DNA of 64,000 nucleotides from Escherichia coli (GTDB lineage Bacteria; Pseudomonadota; Gammaproteobacteria; Enterobacterales; Enterobacteriaceae): NCBI RefSeq assembly GCF_002854065.1, contig NZ_CP024147.1; one strand, 5' to 3'. Shown piece by piece: positions 52,956 to 64,000 of this stretch (position 1 is its first letter; each line of letters starts with the position of its first letter). The notes under the pieces were generated by a model. It saw only the letters and a program-made list of their open reading frames with translations, ran no database searches and was not told where the DNA came from. The position numbers and the translations under genes were made by a program.

Positions 52956-54212
52956 TTAGTGGCTAACCGTCTGTGTACCTGTCGGGACACGAACGTGTTT
53001 ATATTTGAACATCGCCATGAACGCGAAGGCCAGAACCACGGAGTAACCAGCGAAAATCAACCATACGGTCTGCCAGTCGGTAATGCCGTTTTGGGTGTAC
53101 ATCTCAACCACTTTACCGCTCACGATGCCCCCGAGGATACAGCCGAAGCCGTTGGTCATCATCAGGAACATCCCTTGCGCACTGGCGCGAATAGCCGGGC
53201 TAACTTCTTTTTCGACAAACACCGAACCAGAGATGTTGAAGAAGTCGAACGCACAGCCGTAAACAATCATCGACAGAACCAGCAGTACGGTGCCGAACGG
53301 AGTCGGGTCGCCGTAAGCAAACAGCGCAAAACGCAGGATCCACGCCACGATACTGATCATCATTACGTTCTTAATGCCGTAGCGGCTTAAGAAGAACGGG
53401 ATGGTCAGAATGAACAGGGTTTCAGAGATCTGCGAAATCGACATGATGATTGACGCATGCTGCACGATGAAGCTGCTGGCAAACATCGGATCTTTGTCGA
53501 AGCTGTGCAGGAAGGTATTACCGAACATGTTGGTAATCTGCAGTTCCGCGCCCAGCAGCATTGAGAAGATGAAGAAGATTGCCATACGCTTGTTTTTAAA
53601 CAGCGCGAATGCATCGAGGCCCAGCAGGGTTGTCCAGCTCTGATTCGCTTGCTGTTTAGCAACCGGAATATGCGGCAGAGTCAGGGTAAACAGAACCAGA
53701 ATGGCGGAAAGTGCTGCGCCAATATACAGCTGCATGTGGCTTAATTCGAAGCCAGACAGGCTCACCACCCACATTGCCATGATAAAGCCGATGGTGCCCC
53801 AGATACGGATTGGCGGGAAGTCAGTAACGATATCCATCCCGGCATTTTGCAGGCGATAGTAAGAGATGGTGTTGATTAACCCAAGCGTTGGCATATAAGC
53901 AAACGAGTTAATCAATATCACAAGGAACATCGCTTCCGGCGTCGTGACCTGTGCCGCCATGAACAGCGTGATAGCGCCAATGGTGTGGCAAATGGCATAT
54001 ACCCATTTCGCACTTAACCATTTGTCGGCCACAATCCCCAGCAGCGCAGGCATAAAGACCGCGGCGATACCCAGTGAACTATAAACTGCGCCAATAGAAG
54101 CACCGTCAAACTTCAGGGTAACAAACATATAGGAGCCGAGGGTTGTCAGCCAACTTCCCCACAGACAGAACTGCAGAAAAGAGAGGATTTTCAGCTGCAG
54201 CTTAAGATTCAT
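52956..54212 (-). CDS. nupG: nucleoside:H+ symporter NupG
   Basis: Track ORF 52956..54260 trimmed to MNLKLQLKILSFLQFCLWGSWLTTLGSYMF... (418 aa). Confidence 0.95.
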   Translation of the reverse strand: MNLKLQLKILSFLQFCLWGSWLTTLGSYMFVTLKFDGASIGAVYSSLGIAAVFMPALLGIVADKWLSAKWVYAICHTIGAITLFMAAQVTTPEAMFLVILINSFAYMPTLGLINTISYYRLQNAGMDIVTDFPPIRIWGTIGFIMAMWVVSLSGFELSHMQLYIGAALSAILVLFTLTLPHIPVAKQQANQSWTTLLGLDAFALFKNKRMAIFFIFSMLLGAELQITNMFGNTFLHSFDKDPMFASSFIVQHASIIMSISQISETLFILTIPFFLSRYGIKNVMMISIVAWILRFALFAYGDPTPFGTVLLVLSMIVYGCAFDFFNISGSVFVEKEVSPAIRASAQGMFLMMTNGFGCILGGIVSGKVVEMYTQNGITDWQTVWLIFAGYSVVLAFAFMAMFKYKHVRVPTGTQTVSH

Positions 54213-54413
54213 GTTAATTTCCTCACATCGTGATGCGGATGAGTGTTTGAAAAAGCACATTTGACCGTGCGAGATGATGGGATTCTATCAACTTCGCGGA
54301 CTGGTTTTTTGTTACCTGCGGCAAATAATTGCAAACATTCCTAATTTGCAAAACGAAATTGTGATATGGATAACATTTTTGCCCCTGAGCATCGTCAGGG
54401 GCGGTTAGTGGAA

Positions 54414-55520
<1,107 letters not shown>

Positions 55521-55557
55521 TTATGCAAGCTGCCGGAGGCGTGCTCCGGCACTGTTT

Positions 55558-55836
<279 letters not shown>

Positions 55837-55860
55837 TCATCCTCTTTATCGACTCACGCG

Positions 55861-56913
55861 CTAAACCGGCGCGCCAGTGCGTAACTGCTGTAACAAACGC
55901 TCCACGGGAGCCGCCAGGCCAACTGACGGCGGTTGCGCTAAGTTATACCAGAGCGCATTGCCTTCATCCATGCAGCCGGTGAATGACGACACGGGAAGCC
56001 ACATAGGCACAATATCTAAGTGGAAATGGCTGAAGGTATGCCGAAACGCGGTCAGCTGCGTCAGGTTATCGGCAGCAATCTGCCGTTGCGCCAGCCACTG
56101 CCGCAAACTTTCTTCGTCGGCAAACTGCGGGAAACAGTATAAACCGCCCCACAATCCGCTCGGCGGACGCTGCGCCAGCAATACTTCATCTTCGTGCTGT
56201 AACAGGAGAAAGTAGCCGGTGCGCTCCGGCAGCGTCTGTTTCGGTTTTTTGCCCGGATAAAGCGACCAGCTATTGTTGGTGGCGGCAATACATCCGTTTT
56301 GTAGCGGACAGAGCGAACATTTCGGCTTCGAACGCGTGCAAATCATCGCGCCCAAATCCATCATCGCCTGATTAAACCGTTCCACGCCGACCGCGGGCGT
56401 CACCTGCTCGCTTAAACTCCATAATTTATTCTCGACCTCTTTTTTCCCAGGCCAGCCGCTTACAGCATAGCAGCGCGCCAGCACCCGTTTGACGTTACCG
56501 TCGAGAATCGGAAAGTGCTTACCCAGAGAAAGCGAGAGAATCGCGCCTGCGGTGGAACGCCCGACGCCCGGCAGTGCTGCAACTTCCTCAAAGGTTTCCG
56601 GGAATTTACCGCCGTGTAAGGTCGCCACTTGTTGTGCCGCTTTATGCAGATTGCGCGCGCGGGCGTAATAGCCAAGCCCGGTCCACAAGTGGAGAACTTC
56701 GTCGAGCGGCGCATTGGCGAGATCGGTCACCGTCGGGAAGCGCGCCATAAAGCGTTCAAAATAGGGGATAACGGTCGCAACCTGAGTTTGTTGCAACATC
56801 ACTTCTGAGAGCCATACTTTGTAGGGCGTCTTGTCAATTTGCCAGGGCAGAGTTTTTCGCCCGTATTTATCGTACCAGTCCAGAACCTGGGCTGAAAATT
56901 GCGACGCTTGCAT
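55861..56913 (-). CDS. mutY: adenine DNA glycosylase MutY
   Basis: Track ORF 55861..56943 trimmed to [25 protein letters not shown]... (350 aa); 4Fe-4S Cys cluster [17 protein letters not shown]. Confidence 0.95.
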   Translation of the reverse strand: MQASQFSAQVLDWYDKYGRKTLPWQIDKTPYKVWLSEVMLQQTQVATVIPYFERFMARFPTVTDLANAPLDEVLHLWTGLGYYARARNLHKAAQQVATLHGGKFPETFEEVAALPGVGRSTAGAILSLSLGKHFPILDGNVKRVLARCYAVSGWPGKKEVENKLWSLSEQVTPAVGVERFNQAMMDLGAMICTRSKPKCSLCPLQNGCIAATNNSWSLYPGKKPKQTLPERTGYFLLLQHEDEVLLAQRPPSGLWGGLYCFPQFADEESLRQWLAQRQIAADNLTQLTAFRHTFSHFHLDIVPMWLPVSSFTGCMDEGNALWYNLAQPPSVGLAAPVERLLQQLRTGAPV

Positions 56914-57073
56914 GGTCACCGAATTCACTGTTGTTGGGGGCAAGATTGCAGCACAGCGACGGCAGGGTGTAAACCGGAACTTTCCGCAGCCACGGCCTTA
57001 TCATGCTTGCATCCGGCAACTAACTTTGGATAATGCCCGTTTTCAGAACACTTTCACAAGCGACTAAATCTTT

Positions 57074-57793
57074 ATGAAAAACGACGTCATTTCACCGGAA
57101 TTTGATGAAAACGGCCGCCCACTGCGCCGTATCCGTAGTTTTGTGCGCCGCCAGGGGCGACTGACCAAAGGCCAGGAACATGCGCTGGAAAACTACTGGC
57201 CGGTGATGGGCGTTGAATTCAGCGAAGATATGCTGGATTTCCCCGCGCTTTTTGGCCGTGAAGCGCCGGTGACGCTTGAGATTGGTTTTGGCATGGGGGC
57301 GTCGCTGGTGGCAATGGCTAAAGATCGCCCCGAGCAGGACTTCCTCGGCATTGAAGTGCATTCACCGGGCGTTGGTGCGTGCCTGGCTTCTGCGCATGAA
57401 GAGGGCTTAAGCAACCTGCGCGTGATGTGTCACGATGCGGTTGAAGTGCTGCATAAAATGATTCCTGACAATTCATTGCGCATGGTGCAGCTCTTTTTCC
57501 CTGACCCGTGGCACAAAGCGCGCCATAATAAACGCCGTATCGTTCAGGTGCCGTTTGCCGAACTGGTAAAAAGCAAACTGCAGCTGGGGGGCGTATTCCA
57601 TATGGCGACCGACTGGGAACCTTATGCGGAACATATGCTTGAAGTGATGTCTTCTATTGACGGTTATAAAAACCTGTCAGAGAGCAATGATTACGTACCG
57701 CGTCCGGCATCACGTCCGGTGACGAAATTTGAACAACGTGGTCATCGTCTTGGTCACGGAGTATGGGACTTAATGTTCGAGAGGGTGAAATAA
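57074..57793 (+). CDS. trmB: tRNA (guanine46-N7)-methyltransferase
   Basis: 239-aa [46 protein letters not shown]... Confidence 0.95.
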   Translation: MKNDVISPEFDENGRPLRRIRSFVRRQGRLTKGQEHALENYWPVMGVEFSEDMLDFPALFGREAPVTLEIGFGMGASLVAMAKDRPEQDFLGIEVHSPGVGACLASAHEEGLSNLRVMCHDAVEVLHKMIPDNSLRMVQLFFPDPWHKARHNKRRIVQVPFAELVKSKLQLGGVFHMATDWEPYAEHMLEVMSSIDGYKNLSESNDYVPRPASRPVTKFEQRGHRLGHGVWDLMFERVK

Positions 57794-58119
57794 TGGCAAA
57801 GAACCGTAGCCGTCGTCTGCGTAAAAAAATGCACATCGACGAATTCCAGGAGTTAGGATTTTCGGTGGCATGGCGATTCCCGGAAGGTACATCGGAAGAA
57901 CAGATTGATAAAACCGTTGATGATTTTATTAACGAGGTTATCGAACCGAACAAACTGGCCTTTGACGGCAGCGGTTATCTGGCCTGGGAAGGTCTGATCT
58001 GCATGCAGGAAATCGGCAAATGCACCGAAGAACATCAGGCGATTGTGCGTAAGTGGCTGGAAGAGCGCAAACTGGATGAGGTACGCACCAGCGAACTTTT
58101 CGACGTTTGGTGGGACTAA
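57793..58119 (+). CDS. yggL: DUF469 protein YggL
   Basis: Track ORF 57763..58119 trimmed to [23 protein letters not shown]... (108 aa); TAATG overlap with trmB stop. Confidence 0.9.
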   Translation: MAKNRSRRLRKKMHIDEFQELGFSVAWRFPEGTSEEQIDKTVDDFINEVIEPNKLAFDGSGYLAWEGLICMQEIGKCTEEHQAIVRKWLEERKLDEVRTSELFDVWWD

Positions 58120-58139
58120 GAAAGCATACGGGCGATGAC

Positions 58140-58245
58140 AAATGCAAAACTGCCTGATGCGCTACGCTTATCATGCCTACAAAGATGCACGATCGAGTAG
58201 GCGGGATAAGGCGTTTACGCCGCATCCGGCATGGAAAACGCGTAC
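58140..58245. repeat. REP palindromic repeats between yggL and yggN
   Basis: ctgcctgatgcgctacgcttatcatgcctac ... gtaggcgggataaggcgtttacgccgcatccggcatg. Confidence 0.85.
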
Positions 58246-58302
58246 TTTGTTATCAATCTGGGGCCAGCAAATGCTGGCCTGATTTGTTCTTGAGGGAAGA
58301 CT

Positions 58303-59022
58303 ATGATGCGCAAAATGCTGCTGGCGGCAGCACTTTCAGTGACGGCAATGACCGCTCACGCCGACTACCAGTGCAGCGTCACGCCGCGTGACGATGTGAT
58401 TGTCAGCCCGCAAACCGTGCAGGTGAAGGGCGAAAACGGCAATCTGGTGATCACGCCAGACGGCAACGTGATGTATAACGGTAAGCAATATTCCCTGAAT
58501 GCCGCCCAGCGCGAGCAGGCGAAGGATTATCAGGCTGAACTACGTAGCACGCTGCCGTGGATTGATGAAGGCGCGAAAAGCCGCGTCGAGAAAGCCCGTA
58601 TTGCTCTGGATAAAATTATCGTTCAGGAGATGGGCGAAAGTAGCAAAATGCGCAGCCGTCTGACCAAACTTGATGCGCAGCTGAAAGAGCAGATGAACCG
58701 CATTATCGAAACGCGCAGCGATGGCCTGACGTTCCACTATAAAGCCATTGATCAGGTTCGCGCTGAAGGCCAGCAATTAGTGAATCAGGCAATGGGCGGA
58801 ATTTTACAGGACAGCATTAATGAAATGGGCGCGAAAGCGGTGCTGAAAAGCGGCGGTAACCCATTACAGAATGTGCTGGGAAGCCTGGGGGGGCTGCAAT
58901 CCTCAATCCAAACCGAGTGGAAAAAGCAGGAAAAAGATTTCCAGCAGTTTGGCAAAGATGTTTGTAGCCGCGTTGTGACTCTGGAAGATAGCCGCAAAGC
59001 CCTGGTCGGGAATTTAAAATAA
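58303..59022 (+). CDS. yggN: periplasmic DUF2884 protein YggN
   Basis: 239-aa ORF with signal peptide MMRKMLLAAALSVTAMTAHA. Confidence 0.88.
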   Translation: MMRKMLLAAALSVTAMTAHADYQCSVTPRDDVIVSPQTVQVKGENGNLVITPDGNVMYNGKQYSLNAAQREQAKDYQAELRSTLPWIDEGAKSRVEKARIALDKIIVQEMGESSKMRSRLTKLDAQLKEQMNRIIETRSDGLTFHYKAIDQVRAEGQQLVNQAMGGILQDSINEMGAKAVLKSGGNPLQNVLGSLGGLQSSIQTEWKKQEKDFQQFGKDVCSRVVTLEDSRKALVGNLK

Positions 59023-59197
59023 TCCTCTATTTTAAGACGGCATAATACTTTTTTATGCCGTTTAATTCTTCGTTTTGTTACCTGCCTCTAACTTTGTAGA
59101 TCTCCAAAATATATTCACGTTGTAAATTGTTTAACGTCAAATTTCCCATACAGAGCTAAGGGATAATGCGTAGCGTTCACGTAACTGGAGGAATGAA

Positions 59198-60244
59198 ATG
59201 GAGTTTTTCAAAAAGACGGCACTTGCCGCACTGGTTATGGGTTTTAGTGGTGCAGCATTGGCATTACCCAATATCACCATTTTAGCAACCGGCGGGACCA
59301 TTGCCGGTGGTGGTGACTCCGCAACCAAATCTAACTACACAGCGGGTAAAGTTGGCGTAGAAAATCTGGTTAATGCGGTGCCGCAACTGAAGGACATTGC
59401 GAACGTTAAAGGCGAGCAGGTAGTGAATATCGGCTCCCAGGACATGAACGATGATGTCTGGCTGACACTGGCGAAAAAAATTAACACCGACTGCGATAAA
59501 ACCGACGGCTTCGTCATTACTCACGGTACCGACACGATGGAAGAAACCGCTTACTTCCTCGACCTGACGGTGAAATGCGACAAACCGGTGGTGATGGTCG
59601 GCGCAATGCGCCCGTCCACGTCCATGAGCGCAGACGGTCCATTCAACCTGTATAACGCGGTAGTGACCGCAGCTGATAAAGCCTCCGCTAATCGTGGCGT
59701 GCTGGTGGTGATGAACGACACCGTACTGGACGGTCGCGATGTCACCAAAACCAACACCACCGACGTAGCGACCTTCAAGTCTGTTAACTACGGTCCTCTG
59801 GGTTACATTCACAACGGTAAGATTGACTACCAACGTACCCCGGCACGTAAGCACACCAGCGACACGCCGTTCGATGTCTCTAAGCTGAATGAACTGCCGA
59901 AAGTCGGCATTGTTTATAACTACGCTAACGCATCCGATCTTCCGGCTAAAGCCTTGGTAGATGCGGGCTATGATGGCATCGTTAGCGCTGGTGTGGGTAA
60001 CGGCAACCTGTATAAAACCGTATTTGACACTCTGGCGACCGCCGCGAAAAACGGTACTGCAGTCGTGCGTTCTTCCCGCGTACCGACGGGCGCTACCACT
60101 CAGGATGCCGAAGTGGATGATGCGAAATACGGCTTCGTCGCCTCTGGCACGTTGAACCCGCAAAAAGCGCGCGTTCTGCTGCAACTGGCTCTGACGCAAA
60201 CCAAAGATCCGCAGCAGATCCAGCAGATCTTCAATCAGTACTAA
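59198..60244 (+). CDS. ansB: L-asparaginase II (periplasmic)
   Basis: 348-aa ORF; signal peptide, then LPNITILATGGTIAGGGDSATKSNY and HGTDTMEETAYFL motifs. Confidence 0.96.
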   Translation: MEFFKKTALAALVMGFSGAALALPNITILATGGTIAGGGDSATKSNYTAGKVGVENLVNAVPQLKDIANVKGEQVVNIGSQDMNDDVWLTLAKKINTDCDKTDGFVITHGTDTMEETAYFLDLTVKCDKPVVMVGAMRPSTSMSADGPFNLYNAVVTAADKASANRGVLVVMNDTVLDGRDVTKTNTTDVATFKSVNYGPLGYIHNGKIDYQRTPARKHTSDTPFDVSKLNELPKVGIVYNYANASDLPAKALVDAGYDGIVSAGVGNGNLYKTVFDTLATAAKNGTAVVRSSRVPTGATTQDAEVDDAKYGFVASGTLNPQKARVLLQLALTQTKDPQQIQQIFNQY

Positions 60245-60252
60245 TCGCCTCG

Positions 60253-60278
60253 CCCCGGTATCGTGCCGGGGCTTTTTC
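60253..60278 (+). terminator. rho-independent terminator of ansB
   Basis: ccccggtatcgtgccgggg hairpin followed by cttttt. Confidence 0.7.
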
Positions 60279-60360
60279 ACTTCAGACTCACGTCCATTGC
60301 CAATTTTAATTACCCTAATGATAATCACTGGAATAAATTATTCCGCGCGAGGGTTTTCGG

Positions 60361-61368
60361 GTGAAAAAGCAATGGATTGTTGGCACGGCGCTGCTTATGT
60401 TGATGACTGGTAATGTCTGGGCAGATGGCGAACCGCCAACTGAAAATATCTTAAAAGATCAATTCAAAAAGCAGTATCACGGCATTCTCAAGCTTGATGC
60501 TATCAGTTTAAAAAACCTTGATGCGAAAGGTAATCAGGCCACCTGGTCAGCAGAAGGCGATGTTTCTTCCAGCGATGATCTCTATACCTGGATCGGTCAG
60601 TTGGCAGATTACGAACTGCTCGAACAGACCTGGACGAAAGATAAAGCGGTAAAATTCTCGGCGATGTTAACCAGTAAAGGAACGCCCGCGTCTGGCTGGT
60701 CGGTGAACTTTTACTCTTTTCAGGCGGCAGCTAGCGATCGTGGGCGGGTGGTCGACGATATCAAAACGAATAATAAATATCTGATCGTGAATAGCGAAGA
60801 TTTCAATTATCGCTTTAGTCAGCTTGAGACTGCGTTGAATACCCAGAAGAACTCGATTCCTGCGCTGGAAAAGGAAGTGAAAGCGCTTGATAAGCAAATG
60901 GTGGCGGCGCAGAAAGCAGCGGATGCATATTGGGGAAAAGATGCAAATGGTAAGCAAATGGCCCGCAAAGACGCCTTTAAAAAAATTCACCAACAGCGTG
61001 ATGAGTTTAATAAACAGAACGATAGCGAGGCGTTCGTGGTTAAATATGACAAAGAGGTTTATCAACCGGCGATTGCGGCATGTCATAAACAGAGTGAAGA
61101 GTGTTATGAAGTGCCGATTCAGCAGAAGCGAGATTTCGATATCAACGAACAACGGCGACAGACTTTTCTGCAATCACAAAAAATTAGCCGTAAATTGCAG
61201 GATGACTGGATAACGCTCGAAAAAGGGCAATATCCGTTAACGATGAAAGTTTCAGAAATAAACAGTAAAAAAGTCGCGATTTTGATGAAGATTGACGATA
61301 TCAACCAGGCTAATGAACGCTGGAAAAAAGATACCGAACAACTGCGGCGCAATGGGGTGATTAAGTAA
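60361..61368 (+). CDS. yggM: periplasmic DUF1202 protein YggM
   Basis: 335-aa ORF with signal peptide MKKQWIVGTALLMLMTGNVWA. Confidence 0.85.
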   Translation: MKKQWIVGTALLMLMTGNVWADGEPPTENILKDQFKKQYHGILKLDAISLKNLDAKGNQATWSAEGDVSSSDDLYTWIGQLADYELLEQTWTKDKAVKFSAMLTSKGTPASGWSVNFYSFQAAASDRGRVVDDIKTNNKYLIVNSEDFNYRFSQLETALNTQKNSIPALEKEVKALDKQMVAAQKAADAYWGKDANGKQMARKDAFKKIHQQRDEFNKQNDSEAFVVKYDKEVYQPAIAACHKQSEECYEVPIQQKRDFDINEQRRQTFLQSQKISRKLQDDWITLEKGQYPLTMKVSEINSKKVAILMKIDDINQANERWKKDTEQLRRNGVIK

Positions 61369-61384
61369 GTTTTGATATAGCGCA

Positions 61385-61605
61385 CGATTTGTAGCAGGAT
61401 GCGGCGTTGACCCCGCATCCGGCAATCAACGTCTGATGCGACGCTAGCGCGTCTTATCAGACCTACAACAGCTGCCACATGTCGGCTGAGGTGCTCACGC
61501 CGCATCCGGCAATCAACGTCTGATGCGACGCTTGCGCGTCTTATCAGACCTACAACCGTTGCCACATGTAGGCTGGATAAGGCGTTCACGCCGCATCCGG
61601 CAATA
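61385..61605. repeat. BIME: tandem REP units between yggM and hemW
   Basis: Two near-identical copies of gccgcatccggcaatcaacgtctgatgcgacgct(a/t)gcgcgtcttatcagacctacaac plus a third REP. Confidence 0.88.
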
Positions 61606-61610
61606 CAAGT

Positions 61611-62747
61611 TTACTCCGCCAGAAAAAGCTCCAGCAGCGAATTTAAAAACAACTTCCCATGTTCCGTTATCTGCCAGTAATCCGCACATTCTGTGAGATA
61701 ACCCTGAGCGATAGCCTCGTCTAACTGAGGGCGAATAACCTCTTCTGAAAGGCCAGTATACTGGCTAAACTCCACGCGCGGCGCGGCCTCCAGCAGACGG
61801 AAGCGATTCATAAAGAACTCAAACGGCTTATCTGCAGCTTCGACATCACGCTGGCTTTCCAGATACCTTCCCTGCATAAAACCACGCGGATGACGCGTTT
61901 TGGTGGTACGCAGAATGCGCCCATCCGGGAAGGTCACTTTGCCGTGCGCACCGCAGCCAATACCGATGTAGTCGCCAAATCGCCAGTAGTTGAGATTGTG
62001 CTGGCACTGATAACCCGGTTTGGCGTAAGCGGAAGTTTCATATTGCTGATAGCCCGCTGCGGTTAATAACTGATGCCCCTGTTCGAAAATATCCCACAGC
62101 GCGTCATCGTCCGGCAGCACCGGTGGTCGCGAACCAAACAGCGTATTGGGTTCGATGGTCAGTTGATACCAGGAAAGATGCGGCGGATTCAGTTCAATGG
62201 CCTGGCGTAGATCGCCAAGCGCCTCTTCCAGTGATTGATCCGGTAGTCCATGCATCAAATCAAGGTTAAAGCTACGTAACCCTAAACCGCTCGCCAGCTT
62301 TGCCGCGCGTTTCGCTTCTTGCGGGCCATGAATACGCCCAAGTCGTTTCAGCTTTTCTTCGCTAAAACTCTGCACACCAATAGAGATGCGGTTTACACCA
62401 GCACGCTGATAATCGACAAAGCGATCCGCTTCTACCGTGCCTGGGTTCGCTTCCATAGTAATTTCTGCATCCGCTGCCAGCGGCAAACGCGCACGCACGC
62501 CGTCCAGCAGCGTTTGCATCGCCGGGCCGGAAAGCAGGCTCGGCGTACCACCGCCAATAAAGATTGTCTTTACTTCACGGCCCTGAGCGTAAGCCACATC
62601 ATTGTCCAGATCGCAAAGCAGATGCTGAACATAATCGTCGTGCGGCACTTCTCCTTTCAACGCGTGAGAGTTGAAATCGCAGTACGGGCATTTCTGCACG
62701 CACCACGGGATGTGAATGTAGAGACTCAGCGGCGGTAATTTAACCAT
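61611..62747 (-). CDS. hemW: heme chaperone HemW (radical SAM, formerly YggW)
   Basis: 378-aa ORF with radical-SAM CxxxCxxC motif [17 protein letters not shown]. Confidence 0.92.
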   Translation of the reverse strand: MVKLPPLSLYIHIPWCVQKCPYCDFNSHALKGEVPHDDYVQHLLCDLDNDVAYAQGREVKTIFIGGGTPSLLSGPAMQTLLDGVRARLPLAADAEITMEANPGTVEADRFVDYQRAGVNRISIGVQSFSEEKLKRLGRIHGPQEAKRAAKLASGLGLRSFNLDLMHGLPDQSLEEALGDLRQAIELNPPHLSWYQLTIEPNTLFGSRPPVLPDDDALWDIFEQGHQLLTAAGYQQYETSAYAKPGYQCQHNLNYWRFGDYIGIGCGAHGKVTFPDGRILRTTKTRHPRGFMQGRYLESQRDVEAADKPFEFFMNRFRLLEAAPRVEFSQYTGLSEEVIRPQLDEAIAQGYLTECADYWQITEHGKLFLNSLLELFLAE

Positions 62748-63333
62748 TACGTAAAGCGTCCAACAGCAGTTTCAATGCCTGACCACGGTGGGAAATGGCG
62801 CTCTTTTCTTCGCGGGTCAGTTCGGCAGCGGTTTTCCCTTCGGAAGGTACGAAGAAGATTGGATCATAACCAAAGCCACCAGTGCCCGCCGGTTCACGAG
62901 TAATCACGCCCGGCCAGCTGCCGTGGCACACCAGCGGGGTCGGATCTTCCGCGTGACGCAGATACACCAGCACGCAGTGGAAACGCGCCTGACGTTGGTC
63001 GTCCGGTACGTCTTTCAGTGTTTCCAGCAGTTTTTGCAGATTCTTTTGATCGGTCGCGTCTTCACCGGAATAACGCGCGGAGTAAATGCCCGGCGCGCCG
63101 CCAAGCACATCTACCGCCAGACCAGAGTCGTCGGCAATTGCCGGTAAACCGGTCACTTTTGCCGCATGGCGCGCTTTCAGAATCGCGTTTTCGATAAAGG
63201 TCAGGCCGGTTTCTTCAGCGGAATCTACGCCGAGGTCTGTTTGGGCCACGATATCAAGACCGAAGTCGCTAAGCAGCGACGCCAGCTCACGCACTTTACC
63301 GGCATTGCCGGTTGCGAGGACAACTTTTTGCAT
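62740..63333 (-). CDS. rdgB: dITP/XTP pyrophosphatase RdgB
   Basis: 197-aa [35 protein letters not shown]...; Ham1 family. Confidence 0.95.
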   Translation of the reverse strand: MQKVVLATGNAGKVRELASLLSDFGLDIVAQTDLGVDSAEETGLTFIENAILKARHAAKVTGLPAIADDSGLAVDVLGGAPGIYSARYSGEDATDQKNLQKLLETLKDVPDDQRQARFHCVLVYLRHAEDPTPLVCHGSWPGVITREPAGTGGFGYDPIFFVPSEGKTAAELTREEKSAISHRGQALKLLLDALRNG

Positions 63334-63340
63334 AGGATAC

Positions 63341-63631
63341 CTAATTAATTAACGCCGCGATTTCTGGCGGGATTTGTTGCGGATTAATGATTTTAATTTG
63401 TTTGTGGCGGCCAAGTTCGCCTTTTTCAATCACCACCTGGCTTTTGGCAACCCGGAATTGCTTACCGAGAAACTTCACCAGATGACTGTTGGCCTGGCCG
63501 TCAACCGGCGGCGCGGTTATGGCGACTTTTACCTCGTCGCCATGTAAACCGACAATAGAATCACGGCTGGCTTTCGGCTGAATATAAAGCCGTAAAACCA
63601 GACCGTCATCGTTAACTGTTACGGCACTCAT
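63341..63631 (-). CDS. yggU: DUF167 protein YggU
   Basis: Track ORF 63341..63643 trimmed to [24 protein letters not shown]... (96 aa). Confidence 0.88.
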
Positions 63632-64000
63632 AACGCCATCCACAGCCCCGGCAGCAGCATGTTTCCGGTTGCCTGTAATACTTCTGCGACACCCATATTG
63701 ATGACATACAGCAGCAGAACGAGGATCATCGGCGAGAAATCAATCCCACCCATTGCCGGTAGCAAGCGGCGAATCGGGCGCAGCAGCGGATCGGCCAGCT
63801 GAATCAGCACGTATTCAATCGGGCTACGGCCCTGGCTTACCCAGCTCATAATCGCCATCACCAGCAGGACCCAGAAAATCAGCAGGCCGATGGTTTTCAG
63901 CAGAATCAGTAAACCGGCAATCCAGATGATTGGCAGGAAGGTCACCACTTTAAACAGCACGATGGCTTTGATAAAACTGAGAATATAGGCAACCAGCAGC
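63628..64000 (-). CDS. yggT: YggT membrane protein (Ycf19 family), C-terminal part; gene continues beyond window end
   Basis: Minus-strand frame open to the window edge; C-terminal sequence ...[33 protein letters not shown]... Confidence 0.8.

Overview
This window reads as Escherichia coli (or Shigella) chromosome: two blocks of conserved core genes joined through an accessory, rearranged region. Block 1 (1-40048) runs gcvP'-gcvH-gcvT-ubiI-ubiH-pepP-ygfB-zapA-ssrS-fau-sibC/ibsC-serA-rpiA-yqfE-argP-scpA-argK-scpB-scpC-ygfI-yggE-argO-mscS-fbaA-pgk-epd-yggC-yggD-yggF-yggP-cmtAB-tktA-loiP-speB. Block 2 (49484-64000) runs pheV-yqgA-speC-nupG-mltC-yggX-mutY-trmB-yggL-yggN-ansB-yggM-hemW-rdgB-yggU-yggT', which is the reverse of the K-12 order as I recall it. 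The most interesting part is the junction (40050-49483): a 5'-truncated unknown gene, an IS1 copy with no target-site duplication, the 3' remnant of a chaperone-usher fimbrial operon, and a degenerate type VI secretion cluster (tssB with a frameshift in a G7 tract, tssC, tssK, and a tssL start fused to unrelated sequence) ending 360 bp from tRNA-Phe. No integrase is present. Block 1 also carries two accessory insertions absent from K-12 by my recollection: a DUF296 + ECF-type transporter operon between epd and yggC, and an IS1 (with intact 9-bp duplication) plus an SPFH/band-7 gene between cmtB and tktA. REP/BIME repeats occur at five intergenic sites. All gene identities come from reading the supplied translations and from memory of E. 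coli proteins; no database search was run. No complete novel system is evident; the accessory material is fragmentary.
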